Assembly: GCA_041657885.1 (NCBI GenBank)
Contig: JBBABB010000001.1
Span: 198,926 to 262,925, forward strand
Reading direction: 5' to 3'
Source: Minisyncoccota bacterium
GTDB taxonomy: Bacteria; Patescibacteriota; Minisyncoccia; Phycocordibacterales; UBA9973
DNA length: 64,000 nucleotides
Shown here: one piece after another, positions 10,341 to 19,418 of the stretch
Layout of the letters: each line of letters begins with the position of its first letter
Numbering within the stretch: position 1 is the stretch's first letter
Notes under the pieces: model-generated
Databases searched by the model: none
Told to the model about the DNA's origin: nothing
Seen by the model: only the letters and a program-made list of their open reading frames with translations
Position numbers and translations under genes: made by a program

Positions 10341-11391
10341 CGCTTTAAAAATTTTCTTACCAGCTGTAATAAGTTTTATTATTGGTATACTCCTTACTCC
10401 TCTCGCGACCCATTATTTTTATAAATATAAAATGTGGCGCCGAACTTCTCGAAATAATAATATTTCAATCGAAAAATTAAATGGATTTGCTAAAATTCAT
10501 GACGAAACAGCTGAAATTTCTACCCCACGAACTGGAGGAATGATAATTTGGATTTCCGTGATTCTAACACTAGCTGTTGTCTCTCTAATTGATATTATTT
10601 TCCATAATATTTTAACCGAGAAATTATATTTTATTAGTCGTAACCAAACACTCCTACCTTTTTTCACTTTAATAGTTGCCTCTCTCGTTGGACTCGGAGA
10701 TGATTTCTTGCAAATTTTTGGGAAAGGTAAATGGATAACCGATCCAATAGTTTTACGGTACATAAAAATAGGAATTATTTTATTACTGGGTTTCATTATT
10801 GGTTTATGGTTCTATGTTAAACTTGGAGTTACAGAACTTTATATTCCTTGGTATGGATTTATTAATCTAGGTTATCTCTTTATTCCATTTTTCATTTTTA
10901 TAATGCTTTCACTTTGGTCAACGAGTGTGATTGATGGAGTAGATGGTCTTTCTGGTGGAGTACTTGCCTCAATATTTATGGCTTACACTCTTATCGCATT
11001 CTTTAACAATCAAGCCGACCTTTCCGCTTTCTGTGCTGTTATTACAGGCGGAATCCTCGCTTTTTTGTGGTTCAATATTCCGCCGGCGCGTTTTTTTATG
11101 GGAGAAACTGGGATGATTGGGCTTACTGTCACATTGTCCGTTATAGCATTTATGACTGATACGGTTTTACTCTTGCCGATTATCGCATTTCCACTTTTTA
11201 TAACATCATTATCTGACGTAATTCAAATAGCTTCGCGAAAATTCCGCAATGGTAAAAAGGTTTTTTTATTCGCGCCACTTCATCATCATTTTGAAGCTCT
11301 TGGTTGGCCTAAATACAAAGTTACTATGCGTTACTGGATTGTAGGTATAATAACGTCAGTAATAGGAGTTATCATTTCTCTTATTGATTAG
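10333..11391 (+). CDS. mraY: phospho-N-acetylmuramoyl-pentapeptide transferase
   Basis: GDDFLQ, DGVDGLSGG and HHHFE motifs; multi-TM. Confidence 0.92.
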   Translation: MTNALKIFLPAVISFIIGILLTPLATHYFYKYKMWRRTSRNNNISIEKLNGFAKIHDETAEISTPRTGGMIIWISVILTLAVVSLIDIIFHNILTEKLYFISRNQTLLPFFTLIVASLVGLGDDFLQIFGKGKWITDPIVLRYIKIGIILLLGFIIGLWFYVKLGVTELYIPWYGFINLGYLFIPFFIFIMLSLWSTSVIDGVDGLSGGVLASIFMAYTLIAFFNNQADLSAFCAVITGGILAFLWFNIPPARFFMGETGMIGLTVTLSVIAFMTDTVLLLPIIAFPLFITSLSDVIQIASRKFRNGKKVFLFAPLHHHFEALGWPKYKVTMRYWIVGIITSVIGVIISLID

Positions 11392-11399
11392 AAAATGAG

Positions 11400-12515
11400 A
11401 TGAAAAAAAATAAAATAGATAAAATATTTTTTGGAATAGTTATTGCACTTGTGGTAATAGGATTAATTTTCTTTACCTCTGCTTCTTTGGGTATTTATGC
11501 TAAAAATGAAACTAAATTTTACGGAGTTATATTAAGTCAATTTGTCTTTGGTTTTTTGGGGGGATTAATAGCTTTATTTATTGGATTAAAAATTCCTTAC
11601 AAATCATTTAAAAAACATTCTCTTATTCTTTTCATTATATCTATTATTTTAACGGCACTTGTTTTTGTTCCTGGAATAGGACAATCACATGGTGGGGCCA
11701 GAAGATGGATAGATATTTTGGGGTTTTCTTTTCAACCAGTGGAATTTCTAAAGATTGGATTTATTATCTATTTTGCAGCTTGGTTGTCGTGGATAAAAGG
11801 AAAAGTAAAAGGTCCACTTTTTAGTATTTTGCCATTGCTCGTAATGCTCGGAATAATTGGTGCTGTTTTAATCAAACAACCAGATATAAAAAGTATCATA
11901 CTCATCACCATTACCGCTACAATAATGTTATTTGTATCTGGTGCACCGTTAAAATATATTTTAGGAATTGTGGGTGTGGCAGTTATCGCTCTTGTGATTC
12001 TAGTATCGTTTAAACCATACTTAAAAGAGCGAATTAATACATTTTTTAATCCAAGCGAAAATAGTCGAAGTTCATCATATCAATTACAACAATCTCTCAT
12101 CGCTGTCGGCTCTGGTGGAATTATGGGGAGAGGTCTTGGCCAAAGTATTCAGAAATTTAATTATTTACCTGAACCTCAAGGAGATTCTATCTTTGCTGTG
12201 ATCGGAGAAGAAATGGGATTTGTGGGCTGTGCTATTTTAATCTTTTTATATTTATCTTTTGCACTACGGGGTTATCGTATTGCTCTACGAAATGCGCCAG
12301 ATTCATTTGCAAAATTACTTGTCATTGGCTTCGTCACTATTATTACAGTCCAATCTTTCATGAATATTGCTTCTATTATAGGCGTCTTTCCTCTGACCGG
12401 AGTTCCTCTCGTATTTATTTCTCAAGGAGGAACAGCATTGCTTCTTTCACTTGGTATGGTGGGAATAATTTTAAATATTTCTCGTTTTAAAAGTAAACCA
12501 ATACTGGAAAGATAA
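11400..12515 (+). CDS. ftsW: SEDS-family peptidoglycan polymerase FtsW/RodA
   Basis: multi-TM, NYLPEPQGDSIFAVIGEEMGFVG signature. Confidence 0.88.
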   Translation: MKKNKIDKIFFGIVIALVVIGLIFFTSASLGIYAKNETKFYGVILSQFVFGFLGGLIALFIGLKIPYKSFKKHSLILFIISIILTALVFVPGIGQSHGGARRWIDILGFSFQPVEFLKIGFIIYFAAWLSWIKGKVKGPLFSILPLLVMLGIIGAVLIKQPDIKSIILITITATIMLFVSGAPLKYILGIVGVAVIALVILVSFKPYLKERINTFFNPSENSRSSSYQLQQSLIAVGSGGIMGRGLGQSIQKFNYLPEPQGDSIFAVIGEEMGFVGCAILIFLYLSFALRGYRIALRNAPDSFAKLLVIGFVTIITVQSFMNIASIIGVFPLTGVPLVFISQGGTALLLSLGMVGIILNISRFKSKPILER

Positions 12516-12543
12516 TAAAAAATAAGCTATTATAAGGATATGA

Positions 12544-12662
12544 ATCCCGTACGAAGCGTTTATGGCAAATTTCTGGAAGTTACATATAAGTTTTATTTAT
12601 GTCGAATTTAATTAATTAATATAAGCAACGGAAATGTAATCATTTCCTGCTTCGTACGGGAT
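12544..12662 (+). repeat. 119-nt element bounded by 14-bp terminal inverted repeats, copy 1; its 3' end overlaps the murG ATG
   Basis: ATCCCGTACGAAGC...GGAAATG-taat-CATTTCC...GCTTCGTACGGGAT; the last two bases (AT) belong to the murG start codon; about 78% identical to the copy at 35611-35729. Confidence 0.7.
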
Positions 12663-13794
12663 GAAAATATTACTTACAGGGGGAGGAACAGGGGGGCATT
12701 TTTATCCTCTTATTGCTATAGCTGAGAAGCTTGTTGAAGTTGCAGATAAACAAAAGGTTATTGATCTTAGGCTTTACTATATGTCAGACACTCCGTATGA
12801 CAAACATATGCTTTTTGAAAATAATATAACTTTTATTCAAATACCAGCAGGTAAGATGCGAACTTATTTTTCCATAAGAAACTTTTTTGACATTTTTAAA
12901 ACAGCTACTGGTGTTTTCTTTGGTATTATTAGTATGTTCTTCATTTATCCTGATGTTGTTATCTCAAAAGGTGGTTATGCTTCGTTTCCGGCAGTTCTCG
13001 CAGCTAAATTATTAAAAATTCCTGTTATAGTCCATGAGTCAGATTCATATCCAGGAAGATTAAATGTTTGGACTGCAAAATTTGCTTGGCATGTAGCTAT
13101 CTCTTGGCCTGAAGCAATTGAGTATTTACCAAAAGAAAAAACCATTTTGACAGGTCAACCAATTCGTAAAGAAATTTTACACGGTGACCCAAATGGCGCT
13201 TTAGAATTTTTCAAACTTAGTCCTGACTTACCAATAATTCTTGTATTGGGTGGATCTCAAGGAGCAGAAATTATAAATAATATTATAGTGGATATTCTTC
13301 CTGTATTACTTTCTCAATATCAAATAATTCACCAAACAGGGAAAAATAATATTAGGGATATTTTATCTCGTTCAAAATTACTTATGGAAAATGACCCTAA
13401 TATTGGAAGATATGTGCCAATGCCTTATTTGAACAATTTAGCTACTCGTATGGCAGCAGGTTGTGCAAATCTTGTAATTTCTCGTGCAGGGTCTTATATT
13501 TTTGAAATTGCATCATGGGGAATTCCTTCAATTATTATTCCAATCACAAATTCAAACGGTAACCATCAGAGGAAAAATGCCTTTAATTATGAGAGAGTAG
13601 GGGCATGTGAAGTTATAGAAGAAAATAATTTATCTTCTCATTTACTTGTTGCAGAAATAGATAAATTACTTTCATCACAACAAAAACTTGATAAAATGAA
13701 AGAAGGCGCTTTGGCTTTTGCATCTCCAGATGCAGCAGAAAAAATAGCTCAATCAGCCATAGACATAGCTCTTACTCATGAAAAACAAAACTAG
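12661..13794 (+). CDS. murG: UDP-GlcNAc:lipid I N-acetylglucosaminyltransferase
   Basis: KILLTGGGTGGHFYP N-terminus, GT28 family. Confidence 0.9.
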   Translation: MKILLTGGGTGGHFYPLIAIAEKLVEVADKQKVIDLRLYYMSDTPYDKHMLFENNITFIQIPAGKMRTYFSIRNFFDIFKTATGVFFGIISMFFIYPDVVISKGGYASFPAVLAAKLLKIPVIVHESDSYPGRLNVWTAKFAWHVAISWPEAIEYLPKEKTILTGQPIRKEILHGDPNGALEFFKLSPDLPIILVLGGSQGAEIINNIIVDILPVLLSQYQIIHQTGKNNIRDILSRSKLLMENDPNIGRYVPMPYLNNLATRMAAGCANLVISRAGSYIFEIASWGIPSIIIPITNSNGNHQRKNAFNYERVGACEVIEENNLSSHLLVAEIDKLLSSQQKLDKMKEGALAFASPDAAEKIAQSAIDIALTHEKQN

Positions 13795-15235
13795 CATGAA
13801 GAATTCAAACAAAAAAATTGTTACTCGTTTTGCACCTAGTCCAACTGGATTTTTGCATATTGGTGGAATTCGTACAGCTTTGTACGCTTGGGCTTATGCT
13901 AGAAAAAATAATGGTAAATTTATTCTTCGTATTGAAGATACCGACAAAGCTCGCGAAATTGAGGGTTCTATTGAGCATATTATAGAATCATTAAAATGGA
14001 TTGGGATTGATTGGGATGAAGGTCCAGATATTGGAGGGCCCAATGCTCCATACAAACAATCAGAAAGAATTGATTCATATCTTAAATATGCAAAAATTTT
14101 AGTAGACAAAGGTCTAGCTTATGCTGACCCATATACAGAAGAAGAAGTTGAAGTTTTCCGTAAAAAAGCAGATGAAGAAAAAAAACCATTTTTATATCGC
14201 GACCATAGGCCTGAGAATCCTCCGACTTGGGATGGGTCACAACCTCTTCGTTTCAAAGTTACAGATGTTAAGAGTTATGAGTGGGAAGATTTAGTTCGTG
14301 GACACTTAAAAGCAGGTCCTGAAGCATTAGATGATTTTATTTTAATAAAAAGCGATGGATATCCAACATATAATTTTGCTCACATTATTGACGATTTAGA
14401 AATGGGAATTACTCATGTGATGAGAGCTGATGAATTTATTTCTTCTACCCCAAAATTTCTTTCTCTTTATGATGCTCTTGGTATAGAAAGACCAGAATAT
14501 ATTACATTGCCTCCAATAATGGGGCCAGATGGAAAAAAGAAGTTGGGCAAAAGAGATGGAGCTAAAGATTTCTTAGAATATAGGAAGGAAGGATATTTAC
14601 CAGAAGCCATGATGAACTTTTTAGTATTTATTGGCTGGAACCCAGGGAGTGATAAAGAAATCATAACCCGCGAAGAATTTATAAATCTTTTCAACATAAA
14701 ACAAATTCACATAAGTGGAGGTCAATTCAACGAAGAAAAATTGGATTGGATAAATAAGGAGCATATTAAAAAACTTTCCCAAGAAAAACTTGAGAAATAT
14801 GTTTTTGAATGGCTTCCAAAAGAATTACAGATTAAAAAAATAATTCCAGTTATAGTAGAGCGAATTTCTAAATTTGGAGATATAAAAGAAATGCTAGAAA
14901 AAGGAGAACTGGATTTCTTTGTAAATCAACCTAATTATGAAAAAGAAAAATTAATATATAAAAACGCATTCCCAGAACAAATTTCTGTTAATTTACAAAA
15001 AGCGATAGATGGATTAGGAGAAATAAATGAAAATGATTTTAACCATGAAAACATAAAAGGTGTATTAATGATGTTAGCGTTTAAAATCTTGCCAAGAGGA
15101 GAATTACTTCATCCTGTAAGATTTGCACTTACAGGATTAGATAAATCACCAGACCCATTTATTCTAGCCGAAATCCTTGGAAAACAAGAAACAATTGCTC
15201 GTCTAAATAATGCAATTAAAATATTAAAAATATAG
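13778..15235 (+). CDS. gltX: glutamyl-tRNA synthetase (probably non-discriminating)
   Basis: RFAPSPTGFLHIGG HIGH motif, KKLGKRDG KMSKS region; overlaps murG end. Confidence 0.92.
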   Translation: MKNKTSMKNSNKKIVTRFAPSPTGFLHIGGIRTALYAWAYARKNNGKFILRIEDTDKAREIEGSIEHIIESLKWIGIDWDEGPDIGGPNAPYKQSERIDSYLKYAKILVDKGLAYADPYTEEEVEVFRKKADEEKKPFLYRDHRPENPPTWDGSQPLRFKVTDVKSYEWEDLVRGHLKAGPEALDDFILIKSDGYPTYNFAHIIDDLEMGITHVMRADEFISSTPKFLSLYDALGIERPEYITLPPIMGPDGKKKLGKRDGAKDFLEYRKEGYLPEAMMNFLVFIGWNPGSDKEIITREEFINLFNIKQIHISGGQFNEEKLDWINKEHIKKLSQEKLEKYVFEWLPKELQIKKIIPVIVERISKFGDIKEMLEKGELDFFVNQPNYEKEKLIYKNAFPEQISVNLQKAIDGLGEINENDFNHENIKGVLMMLAFKILPRGELLHPVRFALTGLDKSPDPFILAEILGKQETIARLNNAIKILKI

Positions 15236-15254
15236 TGTATAATATAAGATATTA

Positions 15255-16526
15255 ATGAAAAAATTAGTATTTTATATCATTTTAATATCATTTTTTGTTT
15301 CTATAATACCTGCTCAAGTTACTGCTTTGACGGCAAATGACGTGCGACAGCAAATAGAAGATACAAATAATCAAATAGAAGCTCTGGACAAAGAAATAGC
15401 ACAATATCAAGCTCAAATAGCAGAAACCAGCGCACAATCAAATACACTAGCTAATCTAATTAAAGAATTAACTCTAACCAGAAATAAATTAGTAGCGGAA
15501 AGAACTCAAATCCAGAAAAAAATTACGGCAACCGGTTTGGTCATTGAAACTCTTTCCAACAATATCAGCGACAGAGAGAAATCTATCGCTATATCTAAAA
15601 AATCACTCAGCCAAATGATTAAAGATTTGAATCAAAACGACAATATCCTTGTTATAGAAAGAATCTTATCATTGGGTAATTTTACTGATTTTAGTCGTGA
15701 ATATAATGATATTCTTACTTTAAATGAGAAAATTAGAGAAAATATAATAGATATATCATTAGAAAAAAAAGAACTCCTATCTTCTAAAACACAAAAAGAA
15801 GATGAGCAACAAAACTTAAATACACTCAAAAAAGATCTTACTCAAAAAGAGCAAGTCGTAGTAATAACCAAAAAAGAAAAAGATTCTCTTTTAATTGCCA
15901 CCAAAAACAAAGAAGCCGAATATCAAAAAATACTAGCTGAACAAATAAAAAGAAGAGATTTTTTTGAGAAAGCAATAGCGGATTATGAAGCTCAACTTCA
16001 ATTTATTCTAAACCCAAAATTAATACCTAAAGAAGGTTCAGGAGTTTTATCTTGGCCTCTTAATTCTATTTTAATAACTTCTCCTTATGGTGCAAGGTGG
16101 GGAGCATTTCATTATGGAGTAGATTTTAGAGCATCAATAGGAACCTCTGTGAAAGCCATGGCAGAAGGGGTTGTAGAAGACACAGGAGATACAGATATTG
16201 ATTGCAAAGGTGCATCTTTTGGAAAATGGGTTTTTATTAAATATAATAATGGTTTATCAAGTACCTTTGGACACCTTTCGGTTATATCTGCAAAAAAAGG
16301 GCAAGTTGTAAAGGCAGGAGATGTAGTTGGACTTTCTGGAAATACCGGGTCCTCTACTGCGCCACATTTACATGTTGCAGTGTATGCATCTCTTGGAGTT
16401 AATGTAGAAACGGTCCCTAGTAAAAGTTGTGGCGGTAAAATATTTACACAGCCAATAGCCGCACTAAATGCATATCTTAATCCAATACTTTATTTGCCTA
16501 AAACTACAGCGAGTATGTATAAATAA
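15255..16526 (+). CDS. M23 peptidase with long N-terminal coiled coil (EnvC-like)
   Basis: signal/TM, heptad-rich region, HYGVDF...GNTGSSTAPHLH LytM motifs. Confidence 0.85.
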   Translation: MKKLVFYIILISFFVSIIPAQVTALTANDVRQQIEDTNNQIEALDKEIAQYQAQIAETSAQSNTLANLIKELTLTRNKLVAERTQIQKKITATGLVIETLSNNISDREKSIAISKKSLSQMIKDLNQNDNILVIERILSLGNFTDFSREYNDILTLNEKIRENIIDISLEKKELLSSKTQKEDEQQNLNTLKKDLTQKEQVVVITKKEKDSLLIATKNKEAEYQKILAEQIKRRDFFEKAIADYEAQLQFILNPKLIPKEGSGVLSWPLNSILITSPYGARWGAFHYGVDFRASIGTSVKAMAEGVVEDTGDTDIDCKGASFGKWVFIKYNNGLSSTFGHLSVISAKKGQVVKAGDVVGLSGNTGSSTAPHLHVAVYASLGVNVETVPSKSCGGKIFTQPIAALNAYLNPILYLPKTTASMYK

Positions 16527-16560
16527 TGACAAAATTAATTTTAGATAGTATAATTATGTT

Positions 16561-16878
16561 ATGAATGACAACGAAAAAAAATCAAGGTTACATATACATA
16601 TTGGAGGATTAGTTATTTTAATAATAATTCTTTTGATTTTATTTAAGGTGGATATTATGTCAAAAATACAATCTCCTCAATTTCAGAAAAATATTTCTTA
16701 CGTAGAAGAGCAAGTAAAAACCTTTTGGCAAAAATATGTTTCAATTCCAATAAAATCTAAAACAGGGGATTTGTTTATAAATTTTACAAATAAAGGTCTT
16801 CAACAAATACAAGACAATTTTTCTAAGAATATATTAAAAACACCAAGCACGGAAGATATAGAAAAAGCGTCAAATTAA
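16561..16878 (+). CDS. hypothetical membrane-anchored protein
   Basis: single N-terminal TM, no recognisable homology. Confidence 0.35.
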   Translation: MNDNEKKSRLHIHIGGLVILIIILLILFKVDIMSKIQSPQFQKNISYVEEQVKTFWQKYVSIPIKSKTGDLFINFTNKGLQQIQDNFSKNILKTPSTEDIEKASN

Positions 16879-16984
16879 AACAACTCATAGGCATATTAAA
16901 AGAATTTGTGTTATACTATAGGAGTGTTTAGACACGGGAACAACGTCGAAGTTTCAAGCAAAAAATAATCAAACAAAAAATCGT

Positions 16985-17185
16985 ATGATGACAGGAACAA
17001 TCAAAACTCTTACGGATAAAGGATTTGGATTTATTGCTCGCGAAGGCGAAGTAAAAGATCTTTTCTTTCATTCAAAGGAGCTTGTTGGTGTTACATTTGA
17101 TGAACTCAAAGTAGGCGACGCCGTCTCTTTTGAAGTTACTGAAAGTGAAAAAGGACCAGCCGCTACAAAAGTATCTCTTGCGTAG
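16985..17185 (+). CDS. cold-shock protein (CspA family)
   Basis: GTIKTLTDKGFGFIAREGEVKDLFFH cold-shock domain, RNP motifs. Confidence 0.9.
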   Translation: MMTGTIKTLTDKGFGFIAREGEVKDLFFHSKELVGVTFDELKVGDAVSFEVTESEKGPAATKVSLA

Positions 17186-17196
17186 CTAAAACAAAA

Positions 17197-17236
17197 ACAC
17201 CTCTCACTAATTTAGTGAGAGGTGTTTTTGTTTTTG
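17197..17236 (+). terminator. rho-independent terminator after the csp gene
   Basis: CACCTCTCACT-aattt-AGTGAGAGGTG followed by a T-run. Confidence 0.6.
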
Positions 17237-17309
17237 ACTAAACTTATACTTAGTGATAAAATTTAAGAAAATATAGGAATTTAATAAAATAATAATAAAG
17301 GAGGTAAAA

Positions 17310-17474
17310 ATGCCACAAAAATCAACTAATAAAAAAAGGATAAAATATCCACCGATTGATCTTAATAAATCGACAAAAATTGAAAAGCTTTTTGAGAAAG
17401 CTCAAAAACGGAACGAGCAATCTGAAAGAAACAGAAAAGTTGATCCGAAGTTTCGGTTTGAGGCTGAGGTCTAA
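17310..17474 (+). CDS. small basic hypothetical protein (54 aa), not in the ORF track
   Basis: ATG preceded by AAGGAGGT at -8, an unusually strong SD for this genome; MPQKSTNKKRIKYPPIDL...; followed by a hairpin terminator. Confidence 0.45.
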   Translation: MPQKSTNKKRIKYPPIDLNKSTKIEKLFEKAQKRNEQSERNRKVDPKFRFEAEV

Positions 17475-17490
17475 AACCAATAAAAAATTA

Positions 17491-17526
17491 AAAATCACTA
17501 GTTTCGGTTAGTGATTTTTTATTTTG
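17491..17526 (+). terminator. rho-independent terminator
   Basis: AAAATCACTA-gtttcggt-TAGTGATTTT plus T-run, abutting the 3' end of the convergent tRNA-Leu. Confidence 0.55.
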
Positions 17527-17608
17527 TGCCCGAGGTGGGAATCGAACCCACATCCCTTACGAGACACGATTTTAAGTCGTGCGCGTATACCAGTTCCGCC
17601 ACTCGGGC
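17527..17608 (-). tRNA. tRNA-Leu (anticodon TAA)
   Basis: reverse complement folds as a type II tRNA: acceptor GCCCGAG/CTCGGGC, anticodon loop CTTAAAA, long variable arm, T-loop TTCGATT. Confidence 0.9.
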
Positions 17609-17679
17609 AATGTAAAATATATAACTTCTAAATAATTACATAATTTTCAAAAAATTACAAATTTTGCTATACTCTCTGT

Positions 17680-19131
17680 ATGACAAAAGAGTATTATACA
17701 ACCATAGGTCTAGAGATTCACGCTGAGTTGAACACCAAATCCAAGATGTTTTGTGGGTGTATTAATAACCCCGATGAGAAAACACCCAATGTAAATATTT
17801 GTCCTGTTTGTATGGCTCATCCGGGAACTCTTCCAGTTATCAATAAAAAGGCCGTAGAGAGTGTAATCAAAGTAGGGCTAGCTCTTGGGGCAAATATAGC
17901 CGACTTTACAGAGTTTGACCGTAAGAATTATTTCTATCCAGATATACCGAAAGCTTATCAGATTACTCAATACAAATTCCCAATTGTCTCTGGGGGAGAA
18001 TTAAGAGGTGTTAAAATTACACGAGTCCACCTTGAAGAAGATACTGCAACATCCAAGCATGATAGAGGCAATTATTCACTCGTTGATTTCAATCGTGTCG
18101 GAGTTCCTCTCATGGAGCTTGTTACCGAACCAGTCATCCATTCTGCAAAGCAAGCAGGGGATTTTGGACGTGAGCTACAACTTCTTTTAAAATATCTCGG
18201 GGTCTCTGAAGCCAACATGGAGAAGGGTGAAATGCGAGTAGAACTTAATATTTCAATATCAGAAGATCCAGTTAAACTAGGCACAAAAGTAGAAGTTAAA
18301 AATATTAATTCTTTCCGAGCAATGGAAAAAGCCGCCGAATACGAAATCAAAAGAATGACCGAATTATTAGAAGCTGGCAAGAGAAATGAGATTGTTCAAG
18401 AAACTCGTGGATGGGATGAAAATAAACAGTCCACATTTTCCCAGCGTACAAAAGAAAATGCAAACGATTACAGATATTTCCCAGACCCAGATTTGCCAAA
18501 ACTATTTTTGAGTAAAGTTTTTGATATTAAAAAAATGAGAAGTGAACTTCCAGAACTTCCAGAAGCACGAAGAAATCGATATAGAAATGATTATGGAATT
18601 AAAGATGAAGATATAGAAAGTTATATAACAGACCAAGAATTAGGAAAATATTTTGAAGAAGTAGCCGAATTTTTTCAAGGTATTTCCTCGCGAAGTGAAA
18701 CGGAGAGAGGTGATTCCTTAGAAAAAATTCGCCTTGCTTCAAATTACATAACATCAGATTATTTAGGACTAAAGAAAATACATTTGGAAGTTCAACTTCC
18801 AAATGTTAAAAATTTTGCTGAATTAATACAAATGGTTAGTGATGGAAAAATCTCTTCTCGTGGAGCTAAAGATATCCTTGCTATGATTGTTATAAAAGAT
18901 GAATCACCAATGAAAATTGCCGAAGAAAAAGGTCTAATCCAGAACCACGACGAAGGAGCACTTAAAGAAATAGTTCAAAAAGTCATAGACGCGAATCCTG
19001 CCGTTGTCGCCACTTATAAAGGAGGCAAAGAAAACGCTCTTATGTCTTTAGTTGGACAAGTTATGAAGGAATCTAAAGGCAGTGCTAACCCTGCTCTTGT
19101 TCAGAAATTATTAAAAGAATTATTGACTTAA
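17680..19131 (+). CDS. gatB: Asp-tRNA(Asn)/Glu-tRNA(Gln) amidotransferase subunit B
   Basis: GLEIHAELNTKSKMFCGC...CPVCMAHPGTLPV GatB signature. Confidence 0.93.
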   Translation: MTKEYYTTIGLEIHAELNTKSKMFCGCINNPDEKTPNVNICPVCMAHPGTLPVINKKAVESVIKVGLALGANIADFTEFDRKNYFYPDIPKAYQITQYKFPIVSGGELRGVKITRVHLEEDTATSKHDRGNYSLVDFNRVGVPLMELVTEPVIHSAKQAGDFGRELQLLLKYLGVSEANMEKGEMRVELNISISEDPVKLGTKVEVKNINSFRAMEKAAEYEIKRMTELLEAGKRNEIVQETRGWDENKQSTFSQRTKENANDYRYFPDPDLPKLFLSKVFDIKKMRSELPELPEARRNRYRNDYGIKDEDIESYITDQELGKYFEEVAEFFQGISSRSETERGDSLEKIRLASNYITSDYLGLKKIHLEVQLPNVKNFAELIQMVSDGKISSRGAKDILAMIVIKDESPMKIAEEKGLIQNHDEGALKEIVQKVIDANPAVVATYKGGKENALMSLVGQVMKESKGSANPALVQKLLKELLT

Positions 19132-19132
19132 T

Positions 19133-19354
19133 ATGAAAAAAATTAAACTCGGTAAATATAAACACTATAAAGGGTATATTTGCGAGGTTATTGGAATTGC
19201 CAAAAATAGTGAAGATTATAATGAGGAATTTGTGGTTTACCACCACCCAGATGAAAAAGGCGAGGATCAGCTTTGGATACGACCAATTAAAATATTTAAA
19301 GAAAACGTCGAGACAGAAAATTATAAAGGTCCTAGATTTGAGTATTTAGGTTAG
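19133..19354 (+). CDS. DUF1653-like small protein
   Basis: YKHYKG...VVYHHPDEKGEDQLWIRP pattern. Confidence 0.55.
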   Translation: MKKIKLGKYKHYKGYICEVIGIAKNSEDYNEEFVVYHHPDEKGEDQLWIRPIKIFKENVETENYKGPRFEYLG

Positions 19355-19391
19355 TCTTCACTAATAATTATATTATTACAACACGAAATTA

Positions 19392-19418
19392 AATTTTAGT
19401 AGTTCAACTACTAAAATT
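19392..19418. repeat. REP palindrome overlapping the last three codons of the RAYT gene
   Basis: AATTTTAGTAGTTCAACTACTAAAATT, 13-bp arms. Confidence 0.7.

Noticed and set aside
12544-12662. Metabolite riboswitch as the explanation for the inverted-repeat-bounded element
   Set aside because: The same element precedes three functionally unrelated genes (murG, atpF, a small membrane protein) and has terminal inverted repeats typical of mobile elements. No riboswitch consensus was recognised.
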